Part shown: in pieces, positions 10,071 through 20,555 of the stretch
How the letters are laid out: every line of letters begins with the position of its first letter
Position numbering within the stretch: position 1 is the stretch's first letter
Position numbers and translations under genes: made by a program
Assembly: GCA_965197475.1 (NCBI GenBank)
Contig: CBDANF010000003.1
Location: 896,001-960,000, forward strand
Direction of reading: 5' to 3'
Length of the DNA stretch: 64,000 nt
Source: Candidatus Poribacteria bacterium
Lineage (GTDB): Bacteria > Poribacteria > WGA-4E > WGA-3G
The notes under the pieces: model-generated
The model's input: only the letters and a program-made list of their open reading frames with translations
What the model was told of the DNA's origin: nothing
Database searches by the model: none

Positions 10071-13000
10071 TTAACGACCTAACGAAATCAGATAATCCCG
10101 AACCATTCTAATCTGCTTTTCGGCATCATCATCGGCATAACCCTCAACTGCCATGTGCTGTCCTCCGACGAGGGGCCATGCCTGCGGCATCGCAGTTCCG
10201 GGTTGGAACGTCTGCGGATCTTTCATCCAGTCAATAAGCCAATCTGCTTTAAGTCGTTGCTTCGCCATTGAGAGATCGGGTCTACCCGCTTTGTCGCTAC
10301 CATCAGGAATGACCTCGCCTATTGAAGGATGACATGAGTCGCATTTCAGTTCGTCAAAAATCTGTTTGCCAACTCGCAATTCCGCACTTGTAGACATAGG
10401 TGGTTCAAGCGTCTCATAAGGGAAAGGCTCATCGTCCAAAGTAGAGAAGTATTTAACAAGCGTAGTCGCTTCTTCATCTGACATACCGAATGTTGGCATA
10501 CGCACTTTGAGACCATAACGTATCTCGGAAGGCTCTTTGAGGAAATCAAACAACCAATCAGGATAAACTCTGGCACCTTCAGCTTTCAGGGTTGGTGGGG
10601 CAAACTGCTTCGCCGTGATCTCATCTAACCCTTCGTGTGGTATGATAACATCGCGGTAATAACTACCACCTTCACCTTCAATCTCATGGCACCCAGTACA
10701 GTTATATTTTTTGACGACTCGTCTGCCAGCATCAATTTGGTTCTGTTTCTCAACACGATGCGGTTCAACTGCATGCTCAAAGATATAATTGAGTGGGTAT
10801 TTCTGCGGTTGGAAACTTTTCAATAGCACGGCGATTGCCTTTGCGTCCTCGTCGTTGTCCTCATCGTTGAGTTTCTGGAAAACAGGCATACGTGAAACAA
10901 TCCGCCGCGTTTGGTAACGACGCGGGTTGGTAATCTTGCCAATTGTCCAAGCGTGCCAAGAATGGTGATCAATATCTACAGTGTCACCATAATCAAGTTC
11001 TTCAGCAAGTTTTGCACCGAATTCACCGAGATCAGCACCGACTTTGGATTCATTTTCAAACCCTGGTATTTCGTGGCAACCGAAGCACCCGTAAGTCCTA
11101 ACAAGTTTTTCACCTTCATCCGCATCTACTTTGCCTATTGAAGCAGTAACTGCAGTAGGTGTAGGTTTCTGTAGATTCATTAGATACGCTACGACGTTGT
11201 CAATTTCACTTTTGCTCAATCGCAAACTCGGCATAGCGGTATCAGGATCGTACGCTTTCGGATTTTCAATCCATTGCCGCAGATAGTTTGGTGTAACCTT
11301 TGCGCCAACACTGTCTAAAGCAGGGGCAAAATCCCTACCTAATTCGTCAACAGCATGGCATGTAAGGCATCCGACAGTTTTTACCGTCTCTTCGCCAGCC
11401 TGTATCGCACTTTCAGATTTAGAATATGTTCCCGGTGATTCATCTAAAGTTTGGTCGTTCATCTTCTGTGCGAGATATGCCGCAATAGATTTTACTTCGT
11501 CAACGACGCGTAAAACATCATCTTTCGGGTAGGGATATGTTGTGCCATCGTCTGTCTTTACAATGTAGCCTATGTCCGTTTCAGTGACAACCCCGGTGCG
11601 CTGTCCACCATTCTTAAAGTAAACGATTTGGCTCATCCCTTCTGCAGGGAAGAAGTTTGGCATAGTGGTATTCGGGAGATACGCTTCCGGTTTTTTTATC
11701 CAATTCTCAAGCCAAGCGACATCCTTCATTTTACTTCCGACCCTTTTTAGCGATGGTCCGACCTTCTCAATTTTTTCAAGCGCGCTGTATCCTTCTACTG
11801 CGTGGCATCCATGACATCCGAGGTCCTCAAAGAGTGCTAATCCTTTTGTAAGGTTCGGTGCATAGTCTACTGGTACGTTTGTTTCGGGATCCACGTCGAA
11901 ATCTAACTTCATTACACCGTCGTGGCAACGCCGACAGTTAGACTCCATGTATCCCTTTTTCTCTTCGGATGTTCTTTCCGTGACTATGCCTTTTTCGTCT
12001 TTGACTCTTTCCATCCCAAGCACAGGAGTAAGCCAGTACTCAGCATGCGTTAGCGCGTGGGAGGATTTTGCTGTCAATCCATGTCCTTGCCCGCCGTGGC
12101 AAGGCGTACAACCGAATCTTTTTACAGGATGTTTTGCAAGAAGTACATCACGATAGGGATGTGTTTGAAGGACCTGACGATACCCTGTTTTATAAGAAAT
12201 CTCTACTTCGCCAAAAACACCAGGGTCATTGAAAGTAAGGAGACCATTTTCTGACAATTCGTATTCATCTGCTTCAGTATCAAAGCCATCAATTACAATT
12301 GTCTCACTCCCAGGTTTAACTTTTGGATGTTTGAGTTGATATTTGACCAGATTTTCTCCATCGCCTTCAATTTCAAATGTCTCTTGCGCGTCGGTTTCAT
12401 AACCGCTCTTGTCAACTGCGAAATGACAAGTTTCACATCTATCAGCAGTATAATCAAACTCTTCAAGATAATATTGAACGATAGTGCGCGTCTCTCTAAA
12501 GGGGTTTTCCAGAAGACTGCCGAGGAAAGTTCGCTTAATACCACCGACATCCGCTAACTTCTCTTCAAGATGAGTTACAGCTTCATGTTGCGCTTTATTG
12601 GCTTCAAGGGATGCAAGTGCTTGTTGTGCTGCTGTAATACCATCAGCGATATCGGTATCTGTTGTCTTATATTTTTGTGCGACAAGGTAGGTGGAAAGTG
12701 CTTTGGCAGGGTCCCCACTGGTTTGATAAAAATCAGCAAGTGTTTTATTCGCATCCGCGAATTCAGTCTCAGCTTTAAGAATCGCAGATGTTAGTTCACC
12801 TTCAATTCGTCTTTCAAACTCATCTAATTTCTCTTTCCATTTTTGGACGGTTTCGGTGTTTTCCCCGTGTGCCTCGTGTAAACTATGTTGATATTTATAA
12901 TTAATCGCATCAGACTGGCTCTGTTCAAACTTGCGTTCTTGCATTGCCTCATTCAACTCAACCTGCTTTGTTTCCACAGCTTTTGTCAAGTTTCCCAACG

Positions 13001-13262
13001 CTTTCGCATCAATCTGAGGTTCGGAGGGTATTTCAGGCAAGTTTTTATTCGTATTTTCCAATTCTGCATTTGTCTTTTCATACTCATATTGATAGAAATC
13101 TTGTTGAATTTCTTTCCAAGGACGGCGGGTGATCATTTCATCCCAGAAACCCCATATCGTCACCAACCCTAACAGTGCTGACAGAATAAAGAACAAAACA
13201 GAATACGATTTATTTTCAGCGGGAATCTCTTTTTTGCTCCTCACGAAATCTATAACCTCCAA
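10071..13262 (-). CDS. membrane-anchored octaheme cytochrome c (bc-complex associated)
   Basis: Eight CxxCH motifs: CETCH, CTPCH, CRRCH, CHGCH, CLTCH, CFGCH, CTGCH, CDSCH; N-terminal TM and coiled-coil region. Confidence 0.9.
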   Translation of the reverse strand: MEVIDFVRSKKEIPAENKSYSVLFFILSALLGLVTIWGFWDEMITRRPWKEIQQDFYQYEYEKTNAELENTNKNLPEIPSEPQIDAKALGNLTKAVETKQVELNEAMQERKFEQSQSDAINYKYQHSLHEAHGENTETVQKWKEKLDEFERRIEGELTSAILKAETEFADANKTLADFYQTSGDPAKALSTYLVAQKYKTTDTDIADGITAAQQALASLEANKAQHEAVTHLEEKLADVGGIKRTFLGSLLENPFRETRTIVQYYLEEFDYTADRCETCHFAVDKSGYETDAQETFEIEGDGENLVKYQLKHPKVKPGSETIVIDGFDTEADEYELSENGLLTFNDPGVFGEVEISYKTGYRQVLQTHPYRDVLLAKHPVKRFGCTPCHGGQGHGLTAKSSHALTHAEYWLTPVLGMERVKDEKGIVTERTSEEKKGYMESNCRRCHDGVMKLDFDVDPETNVPVDYAPNLTKGLALFEDLGCHGCHAVEGYSALEKIEKVGPSLKRVGSKMKDVAWLENWIKKPEAYLPNTTMPNFFPAEGMSQIVYFKNGGQRTGVVTETDIGYIVKTDDGTTYPYPKDDVLRVVDEVKSIAAYLAQKMNDQTLDESPGTYSKSESAIQAGEETVKTVGCLTCHAVDELGRDFAPALDSVGAKVTPNYLRQWIENPKAYDPDTAMPSLRLSKSEIDNVVAYLMNLQKPTPTAVTASIGKVDADEGEKLVRTYGCFGCHEIPGFENESKVGADLGEFGAKLAEELDYGDTVDIDHHSWHAWTIGKITNPRRYQTRRIVSRMPVFQKLNDEDNDEDAKAIAVLLKSFQPQKYPLNYIFEHAVEPHRVEKQNQIDAGRRVVKKYNCTGCHEIEGEGGSYYRDVIIPHEGLDEITAKQFAPPTLKAEGARVYPDWLFDFLKEPSEIRYGLKVRMPTFGMSDEEATTLVKYFSTLDDEPFPYETLEPPMSTSAELRVGKQIFDELKCDSCHPSIGEVIPDGSDKAGRPDLSMAKQRLKADWLIDWMKDPQTFQPGTAMPQAWPLVGGQHMAVEGYADDDAEKQIRMVRDYLISLGR

Positions 13263-13328
13263 GTCAGTCGATATTTTTGAACACGTTGAGAACAGAACGT
13301 TAATGTCTAATCTTTATGTCGTAAGAAA

Positions 13329-14195
13329 TTAGATGTTGAACCAAGGTGATACCCAAACGTATTTCACATTCAATGCCAAACGAAGAATCATTTTAATCGG
13401 CAGTGCCATCATACTTAAAAATAGAAATGAGACGATAACATATCTAATAAGTCCGAGTTCTTGTAAAAAGCGGCTACTTTTGCTTTTCCAGAAATAGAAA
13501 ATTGGTCCGAGCGCGAAATAACCTGCGATAACAGCAAACCCGAAGAAATTCGCTGTCATGTCATCGCGAATTCCGAAGAGGTAAGACAAGTTAACATTGG
13601 TTAGTGGTACGATTTTGTGCGGATCCCAATACTGCCACGGCATAAATATGTTCCATCCCGGACCTCTCAAAAAAGTCCCCACTATCATCAAGACAATCCA
13701 CAATATGATAAATCCGAAGCTGAACACTGCAAGCGCGAACGGCCGCTCCTTTATTGTATAATAGCCTTTTCCTTTAGGGTTGATGTCAATGTAGGGAATT
13801 GCTATAAGACCGGCAATTATGAGTCCGGGCAACACGACTCCTGCAATCCACGGATCAAAGTAGACCAACATCTCTTGAAGTGCAAGGAAGTACCAGGGGG
13901 CTTTGGAGGGATTCGGTGTTTTTGCAGGGTCACTCGGCTCCTCAAGCGGTGCGTCAATCATAATTGACCAAACGCCCAACACGAGCATCACGATTATCGC
14001 ACAGATAAATTCATTACGACACAGATATGGCCAAACATAAACCTTATCGTTTAGCACAGCATCCGAGGGGACACCTGTGCGGTCTGTCTGGCGCGCCTGT
14101 TTATATGATAGCCATAGGAAAAATGGTATCAAAAACAGAATAGCCAAAATCGGTACATTATCAGGTTTCGTTACCAGTAATAGAAAAAACTCCAT
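13329..14195 (-). CDS. petD: cytochrome b C-terminal subunit (subunit IV-like)
   Basis: APLEEPSDP..TPNPSKAPWYF (PEWY-type Qo motif variant), IPYID; follows cytochrome b6-like gene. Confidence 0.85.
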   Translation of the reverse strand: MEFFLLLVTKPDNVPILAILFLIPFFLWLSYKQARQTDRTGVPSDAVLNDKVYVWPYLCRNEFICAIIVMLVLGVWSIMIDAPLEEPSDPAKTPNPSKAPWYFLALQEMLVYFDPWIAGVVLPGLIIAGLIAIPYIDINPKGKGYYTIKERPFALAVFSFGFIILWIVLMIVGTFLRGPGWNIFMPWQYWDPHKIVPLTNVNLSYLFGIRDDMTANFFGFAVIAGYFALGPIFYFWKSKSSRFLQELGLIRYVIVSFLFLSMMALPIKMILRLALNVKYVWVSPWFNI

Positions 14196-14254
14196 ATCTT
14201 ATTCCTATCTCTTTCTAAACGTAGATAATAACAATCACCGTTAATAATCAGATA

Positions 14255-15025
14255 TTATAGAGGTCCGGATATTCCGCCATCTTTACGGACACGCCAGAAA
14301 TGCAACGCCATCAGTAGACTTGCTACCAACGGAACAGCAACGCAATGCAAAATATAGAACCGTAACAAAGTTGACGGACCGACGATTGTGCCGCCAAGCA
14401 ACGCAAACCGCACATCGTTCGCTTGTGTAATATCAGGTGGCGCGAAAGGACCTTCATGTCCCAAAACAGGTGTGGCACGTGCCATGTTCGTTCCGACCGT
14501 AACTGCCCAATATGCAAGCTGGTCCCACGGAAGCAAGTAGCCAGTGAAACTCAAAAAAAATGTAATGAGCAACAAAATAACACCGACTGCCCAGTTAAAC
14601 TCACGCGGTTTTTTATAGGAACCTGTCAAAAAGACTCTGAACATGTGAAGCATTACTGAAATAACCATACCGTGTGCAGCCCAGCGGTGCATATTACGTA
14701 GGAGCATACCGAATGGTATGTCAAATTCAAGTGCCTGCACATCGCGGAATGCGTATTCGGCAGTTGGGCGGTAGTAAAACATTAACAGTACGCCTGTGAC
14801 AGCGGTCACGAGGAACATCAGAAAGGTGATTCCACCCATACACCATGTGAATCGGAAGTTAAGTGCGTGGCGAGAAATGCGCGGCGGATGCAAATGCAAC
14901 CATACGTTTTGCAGAACCTGTAATGTGTAACGGCGACCAATGTTTTCGTAACCGTGTCGGAAAATAGACTTCCAAATATCGGAATTTGTAATCTTTTCTT
15001 TTAGTCCTTTGCGTTCTTCGTTCAT
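14255..15025 (-). CDS. petB: cytochrome b6-type cytochrome b (N-terminal)
   Basis: WCMGG, RNMHRWAAH, LHMFRVF, GYLLPWDQ, RFYILH...LH heme ligands. Confidence 0.92.
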   Translation of the reverse strand: MNEERKGLKEKITNSDIWKSIFRHGYENIGRRYTLQVLQNVWLHLHPPRISRHALNFRFTWCMGGITFLMFLVTAVTGVLLMFYYRPTAEYAFRDVQALEFDIPFGMLLRNMHRWAAHGMVISVMLHMFRVFLTGSYKKPREFNWAVGVILLLITFFLSFTGYLLPWDQLAYWAVTVGTNMARATPVLGHEGPFAPPDITQANDVRFALLGGTIVGPSTLLRFYILHCVAVPLVASLLMALHFWRVRKDGGISGPL

Positions 15026-15087
15026 TATCTTCCTTTTTTAGTCTGATGATGCGCTGCATCTCCTCAGACGCGATTCTACCCCCTGAA

Positions 15088-15573
15088 TTAGACTTTCAAA
15101 GATGCGCCAGGGTCGCCCCATTGCCCTTTTTCACCTAAAAACTTAATTGATTTATCAATTTGAAGTTGTCCATCCTCGGCCAAGGTAATTTTCACACGTT
15201 CAAGCGGACGTGGTGCGGGTCCTTCATAATTAATCCCGTCACGGTCAAAACCGCTGCCATGGCAAGGACACTTGAATTTACTTTCAGAACCGAGCCAACG
15301 GGGTGTGCACCCCAAATGCGTGCAGGTTGTTAGAAGTGCGTAAAATATGCCATCCTCACGCCGTACAATCCAAACGCCAAAAGGCTCTTTTTTATATTTT
15401 TCGCTAACACTACCCGATGGATATTCTGCAGGAAAACCCGCTTTAAAAACAGATGAAGGTTCATACAGAACCCGCGGATAGAGATACCGCACTAACCCTG
15501 GACCGAAACATAATCCGAGTGCTGCTGTAAAACTCCCCCAACCGAGGGATTTGAAAAATTTACGTCGAGACAA
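15088..15573 (-). CDS. petC: Rieske 2Fe-2S subunit of Rieske/cytochrome b complex
   Basis: Tat motif SRRKFF; CTHLGC and CPCHGS boxes; GPAPRPL. Confidence 0.95.
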   Translation of the reverse strand: MSRRKFFKSLGWGSFTAALGLCFGPGLVRYLYPRVLYEPSSVFKAGFPAEYPSGSVSEKYKKEPFGVWIVRREDGIFYALLTTCTHLGCTPRWLGSESKFKCPCHGSGFDRDGINYEGPAPRPLERVKITLAEDGQLQIDKSIKFLGEKGQWGDPGASLKV

Positions 15574-15596
15574 CGTTTATGCCCCCTATCTACGAG

Positions 15597-15689
15597 TTAC
15601 AAATATTTATTTGTAAAAGTATATCACAATATAGAATTCTTTGCACGAAATTTGACCGCTTTAAAATTACTTTATCACGGATATCCGTG
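15597..15689 (-). promoter_or_regulatory. probable promoter of respiratory operon with two palindromes
   Basis: Minus-strand TGnTATACT (15618..15626); TTACAAAT-N4-ATTTGTAA at 15597..15616; ATCACGGATATCCGTG at 15674..15689. Confidence 0.5.
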
Positions 15690-15825
15690 AATTTTTGCGG
15701 TGTTGAAAATCGGCAAATGTGTTGCGGAAAGCGTCTCTTGACAAGCAATAGAAGCGAAGATTTCTAAGCAGAAGATCTGTGGCTTGGATAGAAAATGGGA
15801 CGAGTAGTCACCCGCCCCTCCATTT

Positions 15826-16879
15826 TCATTTGAGTTGTCCATTTTCTACATCAATAATTGCTCTTGCCAAAGCCCAATCTAATCGACGTCGGTAGTGTCC
15901 ATCGCGGCGTAATCCCTTGAACGCCGTCAAAAAAAATATCATGAGTTTTCTCACGGATCGTAGCTAAACGAACATTAAGTATGTCTATATCAACATGCCA
16001 CGGCACGCCAATTTTTGTAATTGAACGGCATTGGGTACGCACACGATACTCACCTAATTCTGCTGGGGCACAAAAACGGATAGAGGCAGAAACAGTATTA
16101 TCTATAGCGATGAGGCCTAAATTTCCTCTCGGTTGATTGAACACAATGCTACGATTGCAAGATGGCGGAGGCAGATGTTTCCTTAGTTCGCTGAGTTTTC
16201 CGAGTAGTTGATTGTTGCGCCACACCCTAATATCCGAGGTTACGTGCGGTGCAAACAGTGCAAGACCTACCGGATGTTCAGTGTCTTCAAACATATAACT
16301 TGTGTTTCTGCTTTTATTATCTTGCGTTGTTCCATTTTGTGTATGCGGAACTAAGGAGATAAAATCGCATAACCGATTCAGAAACAACCCACTCCGAATA
16401 AACGCCTCAGGGATAATTGCTGCGACCCATTCACAATGTGTTAAGCATTGCTCAAGAGCATATTTGTAAAGATCATCGTAGTTGGTCACTTCAGGAAATG
16501 GCAAACCGCGGCGTGTTGCGGAGTTGCGAGCAAGCCATGGCGGATTGGTAATACAAACATTAAATCCTTTTGGGAAGTCCGAGAGTGTATCACGTTGCAC
16601 GATCCCTTTTGCGCCTGGCTCAATATCGTAAAACACCCAATCTCGGCACCGCAAATGTGCTGAGTCAATTAATTTTGGAATATCCTTAGCACCTGCAAAA
16701 GGTTCTAAGGTGATCTGTTGTTCTAAATTTAACTCTTTTGCCCACGTCTGGAAAGATTTCAACTGAAACGGATTTCCGCGGGTGTAATAGCGTCCATTAG
16801 CACGTTTTCTGTCCATTTTGTTATCGTGTTGTTTATGCAAACTATATTTATATAATTGACCCTGGACAATTTCAAGCAT
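15826..16879 (-). pseudogene. amino-DNA methyltransferase, frameshifted in a T8 tract near the 3' end
   Basis: Motifs GRYYT, LEPFAG, NPPW; removing one T at 15929..15936 gives DIFLTAFKGLRRDGHYRRRLDWALARAII ending at TGA 15826; likely start ATG 16816. Confidence 0.7.
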
Positions 16880-17086
16880 ACTACTGTGAATGTAAAGGCA
16901 TCAAATGTCCTACGCACATTTAGTGTAGTGTTGATTTGGCAATAAAGTTTTCAAAATCAACAAGCACAGTAACCGAGAGAAAATGTATAGGTATTTCTAG
17001 ATCTTGCTATAGTTGAATGATCGTGCTTAGAAATAGGCATTGTAAATGTTGTTTAGGCAATCGGTCAAATGTATATTGCTAAAATA

Positions 17087-19573
17087 TCAACGAATAATCT
17101 TCACATTAATAACCGGACTATCCTGTTGAAAGGTTTTACCATTGATTATCGCTGTGGCGCGGAATCTAACTTGGTAAGTCTTCGGTTCAAGAGAACTAAG
17201 TGCCTCAAGCACAACCTCAACATCATTTTCGTTAATAGGAATCGTAGCGTCGGGAATAGTTATACCTTCTGGCACCACCGTTATCGGCTTAATGGTAACA
17301 ATGTCCGTAAAACTACCACGTCGAACAATACTCATTGTAAGTTTAGCGGATTTTTTAATCGTCTCGCTCTTTTCTGCGGTCTCTGGTTCAGCCTTTTCCG
17401 TTGGACTCGGGTTAGAGACAGCAACAGTTTCACCTTCACCTACAGCCGCCGCAGGTTCTGCTTCACTGACTGCCTTCGGGAAGACAATGCTAAAGCGTAA
17501 CGGTTCTATCGTAACAATAAATGGTGCTTCAACAACCGTCAATGGAATTGCAGGAGATGCCTCAGTATAGTTTTCTCGGTTGACAGATGCAGTTCCACTA
17601 ACGGAAATATAACTTGTGCCGGGTGTGGGGATAACAGAAAATTGTTCGCGTCGTTCAACGGTTCCCGCCCGGAGTGAAATCACAGCACTATTTTTGCCCG
17701 CAGGAATTGTGGCTTTTCCGCCTGAAATACGTGCTGGCATACCCTGTACCGAAAGACCGATAGGTCCATTAAAACCTTCTCGTCTATTGGCAATAACGTG
17801 AAAGTTTGTGGATTTGTTGTGCACAACATTGACATCAACATCTGCAAACGCGAGTGTAAATGGTGGTGCTTCCATCACTGTCAGTAAGATTTTTTTGGGT
17901 GATGTACTTGCTTCTATACGTCTGCCGCCAATTGCACCGACCCCAACGATGGAGAAAGGATACAGTCCAAGTGGCGCGTCCACTGGTGCAGTAATTGTCA
18001 ATAACGCTTGATTTTGACCGGGATAAAGAATTGTAGGACTAACCAGAAATCCTTTGGGAAGATCAGGTGAGTAGAAGCGGAGTGCGCCATTAAATCCATC
18101 CAGTCGTGCGGCAGAGACTGTCATCATGAAAGTGCCACCCCGACTAATACGAGGGTTATCGACATTAACATTTATGCGAAAACCGGGGTTCAATGGACGA
18201 ATGGTAAGCCTGTAAGGAAAATCTCCGCCCCCAGCACCATTTAGGTCTCGCACGGAAATACCGTAATCGCCTGTTTCTGGGAACGTAAAACTAAGCCGAG
18301 CATCTGTTCCGCTTGCATCATCGTTAACACTTAATACCTGTTCTTCAACGGTACCTTCTGCCTCGCCTTTTTTATGTGAATAGAGTGTCAGCAGTGGATC
18401 CAGTTGTGATCGAAATTCACGCGCTTTAACATCAAAAATTAAACTTGTTCCTTTTTCTACTTTGATGGAAAACCGATCCACATCACCAGGTTTCTCTATT
18501 TTTCCATTCACAGTTATCGGCGTTCCGATTTTGTTTTCTTGTGTTAAACCTTCATTCGGTTCCTTTTCAGTCGTCTCATTAAATTCACCGATGGCAAATG
18601 GGAATGGGTTCGTCTCTAAACCGTTTGGTGTACTCACGCGTAGTTCTTGAATCCCAAGTGATGCGTCCGGCGAGATGTCCAGTTGAATTGCATTCACTGA
18701 ACCCAAATTTGCGCCAGCGACATTAACATTGTTCGCTGCACCGCGTTTCCCACCGAGTGGAAAAACGCTCTGAAGATATGGCAACTCGCCTATACTTAAG
18801 CGATATAGGTAATTTCCGCCGCCTTGAAAGCGGATGTCGCGTAGGTGGAGCGTATATTCCCCTGCTTGTTGCGTTGTATAATCGATAAACGAATCTAATC
18901 CATTTCCATCCCTGCTTTTCGCTACCTCTGTGCCACTTGGGTCAAATAGGGTAATGTAGGAATCTAATGGCGATCCGATCCGTTGCGCGTGTATGTCACA
19001 AATAAGGCGCTCACCTTTTTTGAGTGTAAAACGGAACAGATCCACATCATCAATTGACGCAACTGTACCGTTGACAGTAGCAGGTAATTCAAGTAGGTTA
19101 GCCTCATCAGTTGTGGAATTCGGTTCCTGTTCCTTCATCTCAGGAAGGTCACCGACAATGAAGTTTTGTGGATTGGAAACACCATTTGGTGTGATAAGGC
19201 GAATCTGATGGTTGCCCAGCGGCGCATCAGACGCAATTTCAAACGATAGAACCAACTGTGGGTTGGTGGGAATGTTCCCAGAGATACCTGAACCGTTAAA
19301 ACGAACAGTTGCTGTAGGAGATTTTTTCTTTATTTCTGCCTTGATTCCCTCTTTGCTGAACCATATTTTTGCGTTTTCATTGATGTTTTTTCCATCTAAA
19401 GTAATTTCAATAGTCTGCCCGCGTTGTGCTGCACAAGGCGATATACTTGTCAGCTGCGGTGCAACCTGTGCATGCGCTATGCCTACAGCCAAGAAGAGAA
19501 TCAGGACTACTTGAATTAGGAACTGTTGTTTGTACCCTGTTTTTGTTTGTTTACAAAATAGTGTATCAGGCAT
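17087..19573 (-). CDS. planctomycete-type secreted PPC-domain protein
   Basis: Signal peptide; PxxxQRG start, repeated EQEPN/EKEPN...DVDxF PPC repeats, YRLSIG. Confidence 0.85.
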   Translation of the reverse strand: MPDTLFCKQTKTGYKQQFLIQVVLILFLAVGIAHAQVAPQLTSISPCAAQRGQTIEITLDGKNINENAKIWFSKEGIKAEIKKKSPTATVRFNGSGISGNIPTNPQLVLSFEIASDAPLGNHQIRLITPNGVSNPQNFIVGDLPEMKEQEPNSTTDEANLLELPATVNGTVASIDDVDLFRFTLKKGERLICDIHAQRIGSPLDSYITLFDPSGTEVAKSRDGNGLDSFIDYTTQQAGEYTLHLRDIRFQGGGNYLYRLSIGELPYLQSVFPLGGKRGAANNVNVAGANLGSVNAIQLDISPDASLGIQELRVSTPNGLETNPFPFAIGEFNETTEKEPNEGLTQENKIGTPITVNGKIEKPGDVDRFSIKVEKGTSLIFDVKAREFRSQLDPLLTLYSHKKGEAEGTVEEQVLSVNDDASGTDARLSFTFPETGDYGISVRDLNGAGGGDFPYRLTIRPLNPGFRINVNVDNPRISRGGTFMMTVSAARLDGFNGALRFYSPDLPKGFLVSPTILYPGQNQALLTITAPVDAPLGLYPFSIVGVGAIGGRRIEASTSPKKILLTVMEAPPFTLAFADVDVNVVHNKSTNFHVIANRREGFNGPIGLSVQGMPARISGGKATIPAGKNSAVISLRAGTVERREQFSVIPTPGTSYISVSGTASVNRENYTEASPAIPLTVVEAPFIVTIEPLRFSIVFPKAVSEAEPAAAVGEGETVAVSNPSPTEKAEPETAEKSETIKKSAKLTMSIVRRGSFTDIVTIKPITVVPEGITIPDATIPINENDVEVVLEALSSLEPKTYQVRFRATAIINGKTFQQDSPVINVKIIR

Positions 19574-19713
19574 ATTTGATTACCTCTCTGCCAGTTCAGT
19601 TATTTACTGCGTTGGACAAATTGCTGCCTTATGTTACCACATCGTTATATATTATACACCTTGATTTGAAATTGGAAAATGATGTGAAAGAATAGATAAT
19701 TAATGCTACTGCC

Positions 19714-20553
19714 TTAGATCATTACCGAAGCTAACCCTTCTGAAAAATGCCATGCTTCACTAAATATCGGTTCAATAACCCACTCACCAGATTTGTCAAT
19801 GTACCCATATTTACCATTTTTTTTGACAGCCGCAAGTCCTTCAGAAAACATGTCGGCTCTATCAAATTGCGGTTCAATGACGAGTGCCCCAGTTTTATCT
19901 GCATATCCATATTTTCCGTTCACTTTAACGACAACCAACCCTTCAGAGAAATAGGGAACATACGCTTCAAATTCTAATTCAAGAACCACCTGACCGGTTT
20001 TATCAATAAACACATGCTTCCCATCTTTTGTTTTAACATAAGCGTAGTCCTCGGAGAAGTCCCATGTGTCTTTAAAATGAAGTGGAATTATTAATTTACC
20101 ATTTTTATCAATATATCCCTGATCACACTCATCGTCTAATCCCCAGACACGTGCCAATCCTTCAGAGAAAGAGAACAGGGATTCATAAGGCGGAATGAAT
20201 GCCCACTCGCCATCGGTGTTAATATAACCAACGGTCGTTTCGGTTCTTACGAGGGCGAGACCGTCTAAGAAGTTCTCAGCATCTTTGTACGTTGGCGATA
20301 TTCTCATGGTGCCATCCTTATTGATATAACCGTATTTATCATCTACGAAAATAGGAGCTAACCCGTTACCAAATGGATGAGCACACTTATATTGAAGGGG
20401 AATGGCAAAATCACCTTGTTTGTCAATGAACCCGTATACGCCATCAATCTCAACTGCTGCTAACCCTTCGGTATAGAGGCAGCAATAATCAAACTGTGGG
20501 GGGATAACGAGCCTCCCACTTTTATCAATATAACCGTATTTTGACATATTCAA
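19714..20553 (-). CDS. WG repeat protein (array copy 13)
   Basis: Repeated FSEGLA.V..DGKYGYIDK.G..VI.P.F. Confidence 0.9.
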   Translation of the reverse strand: MNMSKYGYIDKSGRLVIPPQFDYCCLYTEGLAAVEIDGVYGFIDKQGDFAIPLQYKCAHPFGNGLAPIFVDDKYGYINKDGTMRISPTYKDAENFLDGLALVRTETTVGYINTDGEWAFIPPYESLFSFSEGLARVWGLDDECDQGYIDKNGKLIIPLHFKDTWDFSEDYAYVKTKDGKHVFIDKTGQVVLELEFEAYVPYFSEGLVVVKVNGKYGYADKTGALVIEPQFDRADMFSEGLAAVKKNGKYGYIDKSGEWVIEPIFSEAWHFSEGLASVMI

Positions 20554-20555
20554 AA

